The notes below the pieces were generated by a model that had not been told where the DNA came from, did not search any database, and saw only the letters and a program-made list of their open reading frames with translations. The position numbers were made by a program, and so were the translations under genes. Shown here one piece after another: positions 49,949-60,136 of a DNA stretch of 64,000 bases. Source of the stretch: Nostoc sp. DedSLP01 (GTDB lineage Bacteria > Cyanobacteriota > Cyanobacteriia > Cyanobacteriales > Nostocaceae); NCBI GenBank assembly GCA_034530875.2, contig JAVRCJ020000018.1, positions 111,963 through 175,962 on the forward strand, given 5' to 3'. Position 1 is the first letter of the stretch. Every line of letters begins with the position of its first letter.

Positions 49949-50797
49949 ATGCACATTCATCATCTCAATTGTGGCTGTATGTGTCCGATTGGCGGGCCAC
50001 TCTTTGATGGCTTCAGCCGCAGCCTAGTAGCCCATCTTGTTTGTCACTGTCTGCTCATAGAGACAGACCGAGGATTAGTGTTGATTGATACTGGCTTTGG
50101 TCAGCGTGACGTTCAAGCACCATTCTCACGCCTTAGCCCGTTTTTCATTTTTTTGAACAACATCCAGTTTGAGCAAAAATACACGGCGCTTGCTCAAATC
50201 GAGCAACTCGGATATTCTAAACGCGACGTGCGTCATATTGTGCTGACCCACCTTGATTTCGATCATGCTGGGGGGTTGGAGGATTTTCCCGAAGCAACCG
50301 TGCATGTGATGCAGACTGAGATGGAAGCAGCACGACAACGGCGCGGTTTGATTCAAAGCCAACGCTATCGTCAGTCGCAGTGGGATGAGGTAAAACGCTG
50401 GAAGTTTTATGAGGCAGAGGGCGAACCTTGGTTCGGCTTTAAAGCAGTACGCAACCTTGAAGGACTACCGCCAGAAATTCTGCTCGTGCCGTTAGCCGGT
50501 CACACACAAGGTCATGCAGGTATCGCTATCCAAACATCGCAAGGCTGGCTTTTACATGCGGGTGATGCTTACTTTTACCGTGGTGAAATAGGCTCTGCTG
50601 AACGAGATTGTACGCCAGGACTGCGTGCCTATCAGTCTTTTATGGAAGTAGACCGCAAGGCTCGACTTTTTAATCAACAAAAGTTGCGTGCGTTATCTCT
50701 GGCTCATAGTAGTGAGGTGCAACTGTTTTGCAGCCATGATGCTATTGAATTCAAGACTTTAAAAGAGCAAAATAATTCGCAATTACTAAAGTCATGA
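49949..50797 (+). CDS. MBL-fold metallo-hydrolase
   Basis: LIDTG, THLDFDHAGG, GHTQGH, GDA and CSHD. Confidence 0.92.
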   Translation: MHIHHLNCGCMCPIGGPLFDGFSRSLVAHLVCHCLLIETDRGLVLIDTGFGQRDVQAPFSRLSPFFIFLNNIQFEQKYTALAQIEQLGYSKRDVRHIVLTHLDFDHAGGLEDFPEATVHVMQTEMEAARQRRGLIQSQRYRQSQWDEVKRWKFYEAEGEPWFGFKAVRNLEGLPPEILLVPLAGHTQGHAGIAIQTSQGWLLHAGDAYFYRGEIGSAERDCTPGLRAYQSFMEVDRKARLFNQQKLRALSLAHSSEVQLFCSHDAIEFKTLKEQNNSQLLKS

Positions 50798-50895
50798 TTC
50801 ACCCTTTGTCAACTGAGTTTGACACAGGTGTATGAGTTGCTGACAACAATTTATTAGTTGAGTAAAACAGTAATCTATTCTACCAGCGGACAAAA

Positions 50896-51684
50896 ATGAC
50901 TAACAAAGGGCTAGAAACTCTGAAAAAACTAGCTGCTAACAAACCTGAGGATATTTTAAAAGAGCCAGTATCACCGACAAGTTTGAACCCTAGTTTAGAC
51001 AAAGAAAAGCCTAAGCGAAATATGAACTGGTGGCTGCTAAAGATAGCCTCTACTATCGGATTATTGTATTTACTCTTTATCGTCCTGACTCCTAACCCGA
51101 TTCCTCAACAAAACCGGAGAATAGGAAATACGGAAATTATTATATTTAGTTTGATTTTGCTATTTAACTCAGGTTTGATAGATAGCATAGATGATATTTC
51201 AATTTCCGGTACGGGGATTGCGCTAAAGAGACTCAGGCAAGAAGTTCAGGATGATATTAATAAATTGCAAGATGAGCAAATAGCCGAACTAAATACCCAA
51301 CAAAGGCGGATTGACTTGCTTCAGGAGCAACAGTCAGCAACATTGCAATTTCTAGTTCGATATTTGATTGATGGTAACGAACTGAGGCATCTGATTAAGC
51401 TTAATTCTCCAGAAGAGTATTACTTTCAATTTGATGATGATTTAGGAAGAGAACTAAATCATCTGCGAGCTATAGGATTTATCAATAATTTTGTGGGTAA
51501 AGGTATTGAAAAAGTTCAACAACAAAGTGAAGGAGATTTAAAAAACTATTTTCATATTACAGAAGAAGGTAAATCTTATTTAGCTTTGAGAAAAACTTTA
51601 GGAATAAACGAAATCCCCGGTCTCGGTGAAGATGGGCGATGGCATCGAGACATTAGGGGGACTTCAGAAAAAATATTGAGTTAG
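50896..51684 (+). CDS. Hypothetical membrane protein (2 TM, coiled coil, soluble C-terminal domain)
   Basis: 262-aa ORF with two hydrophobic segments and a Q/E-rich heptad region. Confidence 0.75.
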   Translation: MTNKGLETLKKLAANKPEDILKEPVSPTSLNPSLDKEKPKRNMNWWLLKIASTIGLLYLLFIVLTPNPIPQQNRRIGNTEIIIFSLILLFNSGLIDSIDDISISGTGIALKRLRQEVQDDINKLQDEQIAELNTQQRRIDLLQEQQSATLQFLVRYLIDGNELRHLIKLNSPEEYYFQFDDDLGRELNHLRAIGFINNFVGKGIEKVQQQSEGDLKNYFHITEEGKSYLALRKTLGINEIPGLGEDGRWHRDIRGTSEKILS

Positions 51685-51710
51685 ATAATTCTCAAAAAAT
51701 ATTAAATTAA

Positions 51711-51983
51711 TTAATAAATTTTGTAGGCAACAATCCCAATCAAGACAGCAAGACCTAGCGCTCTTCGAAAATAGTTAACGCCTTGAAATAATTCCAGCCA
51801 AGCCCAAGTAAACAAGGAGCCAGTTGCAATTACATCTAAGGCTGTATTGATTGTGCCAGCTGGAAAAACTAAAGTTAATAAAGCACTTACTAACCAAACA
51901 ATAAGTGGTAAGTTTGGCTTCTGTGCTATAACAATATTCCCATTGTCGTCGCGGAAGGTTTTATCAATTAATGTGTTTTCCAT
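51711..51983 (-). CDS. Small conserved membrane protein
   Basis: FRD..G.IVIAQ.PNLP and WAWLELFQGVNYFRRALG, with three hydrophobic segments. Confidence 0.8.
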   Translation of the reverse strand: MENTLIDKTFRDDNGNIVIAQKPNLPLIVWLVSALLTLVFPAGTINTALDVIATGSLFTWAWLELFQGVNYFRRALGLAVLIGIVAYKIY

Positions 51984-52479
51984 GATTTGTAATTTCCTGG
52001 GAGTTCGAGTTATTAACTTACAAAGTATACCAATTTATTAGCTAAAAATAGATTGCTATTTGTAAGTTACTTAATAATATTAAGAGATAAAAATAAGCAA
52101 TTGCATGAATCTAATTGCTGAAATAATAACTAGAATATATATTCATTTATGAATAAGACCAAAGGTATAGTGAGGCTTAATATACTATGTATGGGTGTTA
52201 ACTATATTTTTAATATTTAAAATTAACTGAATGATGAGGGTCGGCTTAGTTAGTGGCAGGTATCAGTTTTAAGAAAAAATTTTTGATTGAGTTAAATTAG
52301 AAATATTAATTGTCATAATCTTCCTAAAGGTTCACTATACTTAATCGCTGCTTCACCTGTAGGTAGAAGATATCCATGCCTGAGAACGGTAATATTTCAT
52401 TGCATAGCTAAAGGTCTGGTTTAGATTTAATCCAACCTGATTGCAACTATCTTTTCGATCGCTTTGGGAACCAAGAATT

Positions 52480-53337
52480 ATGCGTTGGCAATTGGGTCGC
52501 AGGAGTACGAATGTCGAAGATCGGCGCGGAATAAATGTTTCTGCTCCTGTTGTGGGTGGAGGTATCGGCGCAGCAGTCATATCGCTAATCGTTTTCCTTT
52601 TGGGTGGCGATCCCAGCGTCATCTGGCAGCAAACTCCTTCATCAAGCGATCGCCCTGTCCCTGAGTCGCCCCAATCAAGAGGCTCTAATCCTCAAGACCA
52701 GATGGCAGATTTTGTATCTGTAGTCCTAGCTGATACAGAAGATACATGGAGCGACCTGTTTCGGCAAAACGGACGAACTTACGTAGATCCAAAGTTAGTT
52801 CTTTACTCCGGTGCAGTGCAATCAGCTTGTGGATTTACGCGCTCAGTAGTCGGGCCATTTTATTGTCCAGAAGATGAGAAAGTATATATTGATTTAAGTT
52901 TTTATCGCGATTTAAAAACTCGCTATCAAGCACCCGGAGATTTTGCTCAGGCGTATGTAATTGCTCATGAAGTCGGACACCACGTGCAAAATTTACTGGG
53001 AATTTCAGACCGAGTTCGAGCTTTGCAAAGCCAAAGCAGCCAAACGCAAGCAAATCAGCTTTCTGTGCGATTGGAATTACAAGCAGACTGTTTTGCAGGG
53101 GTTTGGGCAAATCACGCACAGCGATCGCGTCAAATTCTAGAAAAAGGCGATATTGAAGAAGCCTTAAACGCTGCTAGCAGTATTGGAGATGACCGCTTAC
53201 AGGAACAAGCTAGAGGCTATGCCGTACCAGAATCTTTTACACATGGTACTTCCAGCCAAAGAGTTCGCTGGTTTAGGCAAGGTATTGAAACTGGGGATAC
53301 TCAACAATGTAATACTTTTGCTCGGACGAATCGTTAA
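52480..53337 (+). CDS. Neutral zinc metallopeptidase (YpfJ-like)
   Basis: RRSTNVEDRR, GPFYCP, AHEVGHHVQ, ELQADC and FTHG. Start placed at MRWQ. Confidence 0.92.
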   Translation: MRWQLGRRSTNVEDRRGINVSAPVVGGGIGAAVISLIVFLLGGDPSVIWQQTPSSSDRPVPESPQSRGSNPQDQMADFVSVVLADTEDTWSDLFRQNGRTYVDPKLVLYSGAVQSACGFTRSVVGPFYCPEDEKVYIDLSFYRDLKTRYQAPGDFAQAYVIAHEVGHHVQNLLGISDRVRALQSQSSQTQANQLSVRLELQADCFAGVWANHAQRSRQILEKGDIEEALNAASSIGDDRLQEQARGYAVPESFTHGTSSQRVRWFRQGIETGDTQQCNTFARTNR

Positions 53338-53381
53338 AAAAAGGGACTTCCAAATAAATATCCAGGGGAGGCAGTACTGAT

Positions 53382-53445
53382 GAAACAAGTTTCACCACCA
53401 AGTATGAAAGTGGTCTTTCCCCTACTCCCCACTTACAAGTCAGAG
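53382..53445. repeat. Dispersed 64-bp element, copy 2 (inverted relative to 12456-12533)
   Basis: gaaacaagtttcaccaccaagtatgaaagtggtctttcccctactccccacttacaagtcagag. Confidence 0.9.
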
Positions 53446-54230
53446 GGGAGAAAAAAAGCTTAACTCAACGGTATTGCACGTTAACTCATAAATAATGCAA
53501 TTAACTTTGATAAGGGCGTGGCAACTGACGTAGTTTATGAGCAGTATCCATTTTCTGCACCTCACCCATACGAGAACCGCTACAGTTGATTATGACTTCC
53601 CTAAGTTAAGGAAAATTGTAAGTATCGCGCATCAGAATTTACCAGCATTTGCAGCCAATACTTAGGTAAAGTGGCGGCGAAAGTAATTTAATGTGTAGCT
53701 AAGCGATCGCTTTTAAAAGTGCTAATTGACGAAAACTAGCCTGCCATCTGCGGTAGAAAAAAATGTATTTTATACACCATGTGCCAAAACCAATAAGGGT
53801 ACAAGCTCTCCACTAATTACACCAGACTCTTATATTTGGCACTGATTTTGTTTCCTAGTCTTTGTAAAATTATTAGCCAACAAATTGTTAAAAAATAATG
53901 TAATGATACTGTATAGTTACCTGCATAAATAATACCAATTAAATAAAATTTAGTAATAGATTTAAATATTGAAACCTAGATAAAATCTTAATTTTTTAAT
54001 TTTGTATTACGGAATGCAGATTGGTATAAGGTAGTTATTGTAAAATCATAGAAGAACTTCTTTAAGCACTTGGCGTAAATTTTGATGCCATTAAAGCTGT
54101 TTGAGCTATAAGAACTAGGATAAGAAATCTCGGTTTTGTAATACAATACTTCATAAGTACTCTGCATAACTTAGGTGAAATCATCTGTATTATTAACAGA
54201 CTGGTTCGGAAAACTTTACCGGGTAAGAAT

Positions 54231-55004
54231 ATGGCTCAAATACAATGCCCTTTACACAAAAGTTTGAGGAACATCGTTAGTAGTTGCATTACCTTGAGCT
54301 TATTGCTATTAATGCCGACAACAGCGTTAGGCGATAATAACAATAATTCTGACGATCCTCCACCACAGACTAGAGGAACTTCAGGTGGTTCTAGGGGATG
54401 CGAAACTCAAACACAAGTACCGTTAAGTAATATCCCAAATCTTATCTTACTTGCACCTACTCAAAGTTACGGTCAAACGTTGGCAAATAATCCTACATTT
54501 GCCTGGTTTGTAAAAGATAATAGTTCTTGGCAGATGGAGTTTCGGCTGTATGAGTATAACGAAGCTAACAAACAGTCTAAGTTGGTTAAAGAGATTAAAG
54601 ACGAAAATTTTAAAAGTTTTCCCGGAATTATAGTTTTATCTGTGCCTAGTTTAGAATTAGCGATTGGTCAAAAGTACCTTTGGCAAGTTGAATTAGTGTG
54701 TGATGCTAATCGTCCTTCAGGTAATCCATTTGCGATCGCTGCAATGAAAGTAATATCAACTCCAGCAATTTTGAAAAACCAACTCTCGCAAAACAATGAT
54801 GTTTTAACTAGGGCAAATCTCTATCACCAAGCTGATTTGTGGTACAACACTTTAGAAATTGCTTTAACCTCAAAAGACGATCGAAATCTCAAAGAATTAA
54901 GAAAGTCTCTGTTAGAAGAGGTAGTAACTGAAACTAAAGCACAATCACAAGAACAAACTACAGTAGCACTAACAAATAGTAAAATCTATAAATTGCAGCG
55001 CTAA
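54231..55004 (+). CDS. DUF928-family exported protein
   Basis: Signal peptide, SGGSRGC, LAP, PTFAWFV, YLWQV..C and LWYNTL. Confidence 0.85.
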   Translation: MAQIQCPLHKSLRNIVSSCITLSLLLLMPTTALGDNNNNSDDPPPQTRGTSGGSRGCETQTQVPLSNIPNLILLAPTQSYGQTLANNPTFAWFVKDNSSWQMEFRLYEYNEANKQSKLVKEIKDENFKSFPGIIVLSVPSLELAIGQKYLWQVELVCDANRPSGNPFAIAAMKVISTPAILKNQLSQNNDVLTRANLYHQADLWYNTLEIALTSKDDRNLKELRKSLLEEVVTETKAQSQEQTTVALTNSKIYKLQR

Positions 55005-55032
55005 GATAAATGAGTTTTGTTGAAGAAGAATA

Positions 55033-55074
55033 CAGAATTCAGAATTCAGAATTCAGAATTCAGAATTCAGAATT
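55033..55074. repeat. Heptamer tandem repeat (CAGAATT)x6
   Basis: Visible directly. Confidence 0.92.
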
Positions 55075-55375
55075 AAAACGCTCGCGGACACGGCTTAGCC
55101 GCGCATCATTTTTCTTTCTTCCTCTGCTCAAGAACTGCTTGCACGGCAGTTGCTCCACTTGGGGACACCCCTACGTACCCGTCACTGCCTCCTAAATGTA
55201 TCAACCTTAAAGTGAAACGGTATGACGCCTGAATTCTGTTTGATAAAGACTTTGCACGGTATAGCGGTAGCCAGAGATGTTAGGACATAATGACAAGCTT
55301 AAATGCTAGGAATAGTAATACTTTTACCTCCTGCCTCCTGCTATAAAAGTACGAAATTTTTACAAGATGCAACAA

Positions 55376-58105
55376 TCAAAGCCAGTTACCAATGAGAATG
55401 AATGGTGCCCAATATCCTGGGTGACTTTCAAGTTGCTCCTGATGTCCTTGCAACCAAGCTATTTGAGCCGCCTGTAAAGCTTTAGCTTTAGTCATGCCGC
55501 TATGCCAACTTTGATAAAATTTGGCTATTAATCGCGCTGTTGCTGCATCATCAACTTTCCATAGAGAAGCGATGGCGCTTTGAGAACCGGCTTGTATCGC
55601 AATACCAGCCAGACCTAGAGTCTGGCGATCGCTACCTACCGCTGTTTCGCAAGCCGTCAAAGTTAGTAACTCAATCGGCTGATTTTTCCCACGAGTGCTA
55701 TTAATAAGTTCGTAAAGGTCATTTAGTGTCAGTTTTTCATTGTAAATCTCAGTTGCAAGTGATTTTTTAGTATTTGCTGCAACTTTTTTTCCAGTTACTA
55801 AGAAAGTTTCTCCGTCGTTAATCCCAAACTTGCCGTGAGTCGCTATGTGAATTATTGGATAAGTATTTTCTTTTAACTCTTTTTGCAAACGTTCGGGTGT
55901 AAAGTCTTCATCGAGTAAGCTCTTACTTTTGGGTAAACTTGTGGCAATTGTTTGCAGTTCAGATTGTACTTGTGTCAGCGGCTCGAAAAATTTAGAACCC
56001 GTGTCTGTTTCGACAACAGCCGGTTTTGTCAAGCCAAAAGCTAATACCTGTAATTTGGTTGGGTTCGACTGTTGAGGATTTGTCAGAGTCAATGCTGGCG
56101 CAAAGGCGATCGCATACTTTTCAATTAAGAATTTCTTCCCATCAAACAGTGCAGCTACAGGAATACTCCGCAGTATTCCGTCTTGAATAAACACTAAAGT
56201 TTCAATTTTCTCAGTTTCTAAATCTTTGATAAAAGGTCGAATAAACCAGTCATATAATTGTTGCGCTCTAGCTTGATAACTATTTTCTAAGTCAGAGCGT
56301 TTTTCTAGTTTGATTCGTAGGTCATTGATAATCTCTCTAACTTCTCGATCGCTAACAGGAACCCAAGTAACTTTTGATTTAAATTTTTCCTTGCCATCAG
56401 CTAAAGTAAGAACGATCGCCAGCTTTTCTTTTAAAATAATCGAACTCAAAACGGCAGTCTTTTTTCCCACTAGTGCCACTGGTTTCTGAATCAGAACTAA
56501 ATCACAATTATTACCTAAATAGTTTTGTAGTTCTGCTAACCTTAACTCATCTATTATTAAAAGTACTGACTCTAAATTCTGTTGAATATCTGATTCTCTA
56601 ACAAGACCTTTAGTTTGCTCTAAGCGTAACTCTAGCAACTCGCGATAAATTGGTTCAACGTTGTCTAGAAAGTCAAACTGTAAATTTCGCTGTTGTACCA
56701 TCGTATCAGCGCGAATCTTTTTCAGGTTGTCAATAGATTCTTCATAAAAATTAATTGCTTCTTTGACTCGACCTACAGCTTTTGATATGCGTCCCGCCTG
56801 CCATGCCCACAAGTACAGGTTCTGCTTCTCATCAGCAACACTACCAATTAATGCTTGTAATGCTTGTTGAGTTAAATTTATAGCTTGTTGATAGTCGTGA
56901 CTGCATTCATAAATGTGTCCTAATCGACCTTTGGCAAAGGCTTCTCCTTTACGATCTTGGATCTTTTGACTAATTGTCACAGCTTTGTCAAGTAATTCCA
57001 CAGACTTAGGTAACGATTCTGACTTCAAGCATTGAGTTTCTGGGTCGATATTGACTGACTTGCTGTTTTGGCTAACGAGTTGTAAAAGATTTGCAAGTTG
57101 AATCGCCGTGTATGCTTTATCACGGGAGTCGGGTAATTGTTCCAATACGACTAATGCTTGCTGTAGTGTATTGTTAACTATGGTTTTATCTTGAGAATTT
57201 TGATAACGATAAAGCCCAACTAAACCTAATAGCGATCGCAATTCATTAACTTTATCGTTCTGGCTACGTGCTAGATTCAGGCTTTGCTCGAAATACTGCA
57301 CAGCTTGCTGATTATAAACAACAGTGTATTGCTGAAATTCTTCGGCAGCTTTCTTATCGCCTACCTCATCAGCAAATTCGCCACGACGTTGATTGTCTTT
57401 AGCCAGGTTAACGTAAGTATTAGCTAAACCATTGAGGGTAGATAAAATGTAAGTTTGGTTATCGATGCGCTTGCCAATTTCATAACTGCGTTGAAAATCT
57501 TCAATAGCTTCTTCGTACTGGCCTTGAAGACGACGAGCATTTCCCATACTACCCCAAGCGGCCACTTGACCTAGATAATCTGACTGTTGCCGAGCAATTT
57601 CTATAGCACTATCTGGAATACAAGTTGCATTGCTTTGATTTTGACCGCATAAAATGATAACTGCGCGGCGGTACTGTCCCAAGCTACTGTAGAGTTGAGC
57701 CTGTTCTGTCAGCATCCGTTCTACTTTTATTAGCTCGCGTGTTTGACGATAGTAGGCAATAACTTGTTTTAATTCGGCGATCGCTTCAGATATTTGGCCT
57801 ACTTGTTGGTATGCTCTGGCAAGGTATGTCCGAACATTGATTTCTTCAGCAGAATCGCTGTTACCCTGTCTCTTAGAGAGGGCTGCTTGCCAAGATTCGA
57901 TCGCCCCTTGAATATCGCCAGCTTGGTATAACTTTAGCCCTTGCTGTATCCACTGCGTTAAATCTGACGATTGCTCTGTTGCTATCTCTGCGATTACCTG
58001 ATGCCCAGTTGTTAGGGAGGGATGCGCTAACCACGAGCATAAAATTAGTGTTGTAAAAAATAGAAGTGCCTGAATGCGACGGATACGGCAAAGAAAGCGT
58101 TGCAT
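55376..58105 (-). CDS. TPR-repeat CHAT (caspase HetF-associated) protease
   Basis: TPR helices; CHAT motifs QDGILRSIP, IHIATHG, LTLTACETA, ASLWKVDD and HPGYWAPF. Hydrophobic N-terminus. Start placed at ATG 58105. Confidence 0.92.
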   Translation of the reverse strand: MQRFLCRIRRIQALLFFTTLILCSWLAHPSLTTGHQVIAEIATEQSSDLTQWIQQGLKLYQAGDIQGAIESWQAALSKRQGNSDSAEEINVRTYLARAYQQVGQISEAIAELKQVIAYYRQTRELIKVERMLTEQAQLYSSLGQYRRAVIILCGQNQSNATCIPDSAIEIARQQSDYLGQVAAWGSMGNARRLQGQYEEAIEDFQRSYEIGKRIDNQTYILSTLNGLANTYVNLAKDNQRRGEFADEVGDKKAAEEFQQYTVVYNQQAVQYFEQSLNLARSQNDKVNELRSLLGLVGLYRYQNSQDKTIVNNTLQQALVVLEQLPDSRDKAYTAIQLANLLQLVSQNSKSVNIDPETQCLKSESLPKSVELLDKAVTISQKIQDRKGEAFAKGRLGHIYECSHDYQQAINLTQQALQALIGSVADEKQNLYLWAWQAGRISKAVGRVKEAINFYEESIDNLKKIRADTMVQQRNLQFDFLDNVEPIYRELLELRLEQTKGLVRESDIQQNLESVLLIIDELRLAELQNYLGNNCDLVLIQKPVALVGKKTAVLSSIILKEKLAIVLTLADGKEKFKSKVTWVPVSDREVREIINDLRIKLEKRSDLENSYQARAQQLYDWFIRPFIKDLETEKIETLVFIQDGILRSIPVAALFDGKKFLIEKYAIAFAPALTLTNPQQSNPTKLQVLAFGLTKPAVVETDTGSKFFEPLTQVQSELQTIATSLPKSKSLLDEDFTPERLQKELKENTYPIIHIATHGKFGINDGETFLVTGKKVAANTKKSLATEIYNEKLTLNDLYELINSTRGKNQPIELLTLTACETAVGSDRQTLGLAGIAIQAGSQSAIASLWKVDDAATARLIAKFYQSWHSGMTKAKALQAAQIAWLQGHQEQLESHPGYWAPFILIGNWL

Positions 58106-58522
58106 GATGGCATAAGGGAGACTATACCTGTGAATTTTACAAGATAACCTTACTTCAAATAGCAATTAACATATTTTTATCCTGACGTATTTATTGAAAT
58201 AACCAATTGAATCGATAAATAAAGGAGCGATCGCCAATTGCAAATATTAATTACAGAGCGTGCAACTAAAGTTTACCAAACTAAATATGAAGAATAAAGC
58301 TACGCATCTGGAAAGAGAGTTGTTCGGACTGATTCATAATTAATAGCAGTATTTTTAGTTCAAAACTATTAACATTATGCAAACTTTTTCAGCTACAACT
58401 CGCTCTAAAATCCTACTAGTAAATCTTTGAAAGAGTCGGTCTTTATATCTGCGATCGTATATTACTTAACAATCTAGCGAATTGGCATTCAACTTAATGA
58501 GATGTAACTCAGGAGGAAAATT

Positions 58523-59917
58523 ATGGTTAACTCCATCACACGTGAAGAAACCGTTTTTGAAGAAGCACTAAAAGCATTGATGGCAAGCCTGCGCGGTGAG
58601 TTGTTGTGTCCTGGTGATACTGGCTATGACAATGCCCGCAAGGTCTACAATGGCATGATTGACAAACACCCCCGTCTGATTGCACGTTGTGCAAATGTGG
58701 CGGATATTATCGCATCTGTAAATTTTGCTCGGGAACACAATCTGCTCCTTGCAGTTCGAGGCGGCGGTCACAATGGCGCAGGTCTGGGAATTTGTAATGA
58801 TGGCTTGGTTATCGATCTCTCACCCATGAGAGGCATTCGTGTTGACCCTATAGCGCGTACAGTGCGGGTTGAAGGCGGCTGCACCTGGGGAGATGTGGAT
58901 AGTGCAACCCATGCATTTGGTCTAGCTGTACCTAGTGGGATTATCTCTTCTACCGGCGTTGCTGGGTTGACCTTGGGTGGCGGACATGGCTATCTAACTC
59001 GCAAGTATGGTTTAACCATTGACAATCTCTTAGAGGCAGACCTAGTGCTGGCAGACGGTCGTTTTGTGACCGCCAGCGCCCAAGAAAATGAAGATCTGTT
59101 TTGGGCGATTCGTGGCGGAGGAGGTAACTTCGGCGTTGTCACCTCATTCTTGTTCAGAGCGCACCCAGTCAATACTGTCTATGCTGGCCCGACGCTGTGG
59201 CACTTGGATCGAACTGTCGAGGTCATGCAGTGGTATCGGGAGTTTATTATCAACCAACCGGAAGATATGTATGGCTTCTTTGCCTTGCTGAAAGTACCAC
59301 CAGGGCCGCCATTCCCAGAACACCTGCATAGTAAGACAATGTGCGCCATTATTTGGTGCTATGCGGGAGCGCCAGAAGAAGTAGAGGAAGCATTCCGACC
59401 GGTTCGCAACCTTGCCCCAGCATTTGAACACATTGGTTCAATACCCTATCCGGCTTTGCAGAGTATGTTCGATCCGCTAATGCCATCGGGGTTGCAGTGG
59501 TACTGGAAGGGGGATTTTGTCAAAGAGTTGAGCGACGAAGCGATCGCCCTACATCTCAAACATGGTTCGCAGATCCCAACGTTGCTGTCAACTATGCACT
59601 TATATCCAATTGATGGCGCAGCACATCGAGTCGGCAAAAACGATACAGCTTTCAGCTACCGTGAGGCAAAGTGGTCAGCAATCTTCGCTGGTATCGATGC
59701 AGATCCCGCAAACACAGACAAGATAACTACCTGGGCAAAAGAATATTGGAGTGCATTGCATCCTTATTCCTGTGGCGGAGCCTACGTTAATTTTATGATG
59801 GAGGAGGGTCAAGAGCGAATCCAAGCTACTTACCGCGACAATTACGAGCGTCTGCTGGCGATTAAGAAGAAGTACGATCCAACCAACCTATTCCGAGTCA
59901 ATCAAAACATCAAGTGA
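58523..59917 (+). CDS. FAD-binding oxidoreductase (berberine-bridge/VAO family)
   Basis: RGGGH, LGGGHG, DLFWAIRGGGGNFGVVT, YVNF and KYDPTNLF. AGGAGG ribosome-binding site. Confidence 0.93.
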   Translation: MVNSITREETVFEEALKALMASLRGELLCPGDTGYDNARKVYNGMIDKHPRLIARCANVADIIASVNFAREHNLLLAVRGGGHNGAGLGICNDGLVIDLSPMRGIRVDPIARTVRVEGGCTWGDVDSATHAFGLAVPSGIISSTGVAGLTLGGGHGYLTRKYGLTIDNLLEADLVLADGRFVTASAQENEDLFWAIRGGGGNFGVVTSFLFRAHPVNTVYAGPTLWHLDRTVEVMQWYREFIINQPEDMYGFFALLKVPPGPPFPEHLHSKTMCAIIWCYAGAPEEVEEAFRPVRNLAPAFEHIGSIPYPALQSMFDPLMPSGLQWYWKGDFVKELSDEAIALHLKHGSQIPTLLSTMHLYPIDGAAHRVGKNDTAFSYREAKWSAIFAGIDADPANTDKITTWAKEYWSALHPYSCGGAYVNFMMEEGQERIQATYRDNYERLLAIKKKYDPTNLFRVNQNIK

Positions 59918-59987
59918 AATCGGCGGTAAAAACCGCACGCTAGTCGCCTGAAGCCGGGGAACCCTTTCCGCAGTTACCAACCGAGGG

Positions 59988-60106
59988 GTAGGGGCACAAC
60001 AATAGACATATTGCAAAAATAGTTTTGCAAGATGGCGAGAAAGGGGAAATGCCTCGTTTTCCCCTTTCTCCCCATTTCTGTAAAAAGTCTAATGTTGTGC
60101 GCTTAC
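59988..60106. mobile_element. REP-like palindrome interrupted by an 89-bp MITE-like insert
   Basis: gtaggggcacaaca | tagac...gtcta (60003-60091) | atgttgtgcgcttac. Confidence 0.65.
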
Positions 60107-60136
60107 AACGATTTTCGATCGTAAGAGGATATTGAA

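Noticed and set aside
53446..54230. Long intergenic region as a possible hidden gene or ncRNA
   Set aside because: It has no ORF of 60 aa or more and only degraded repeat ends.
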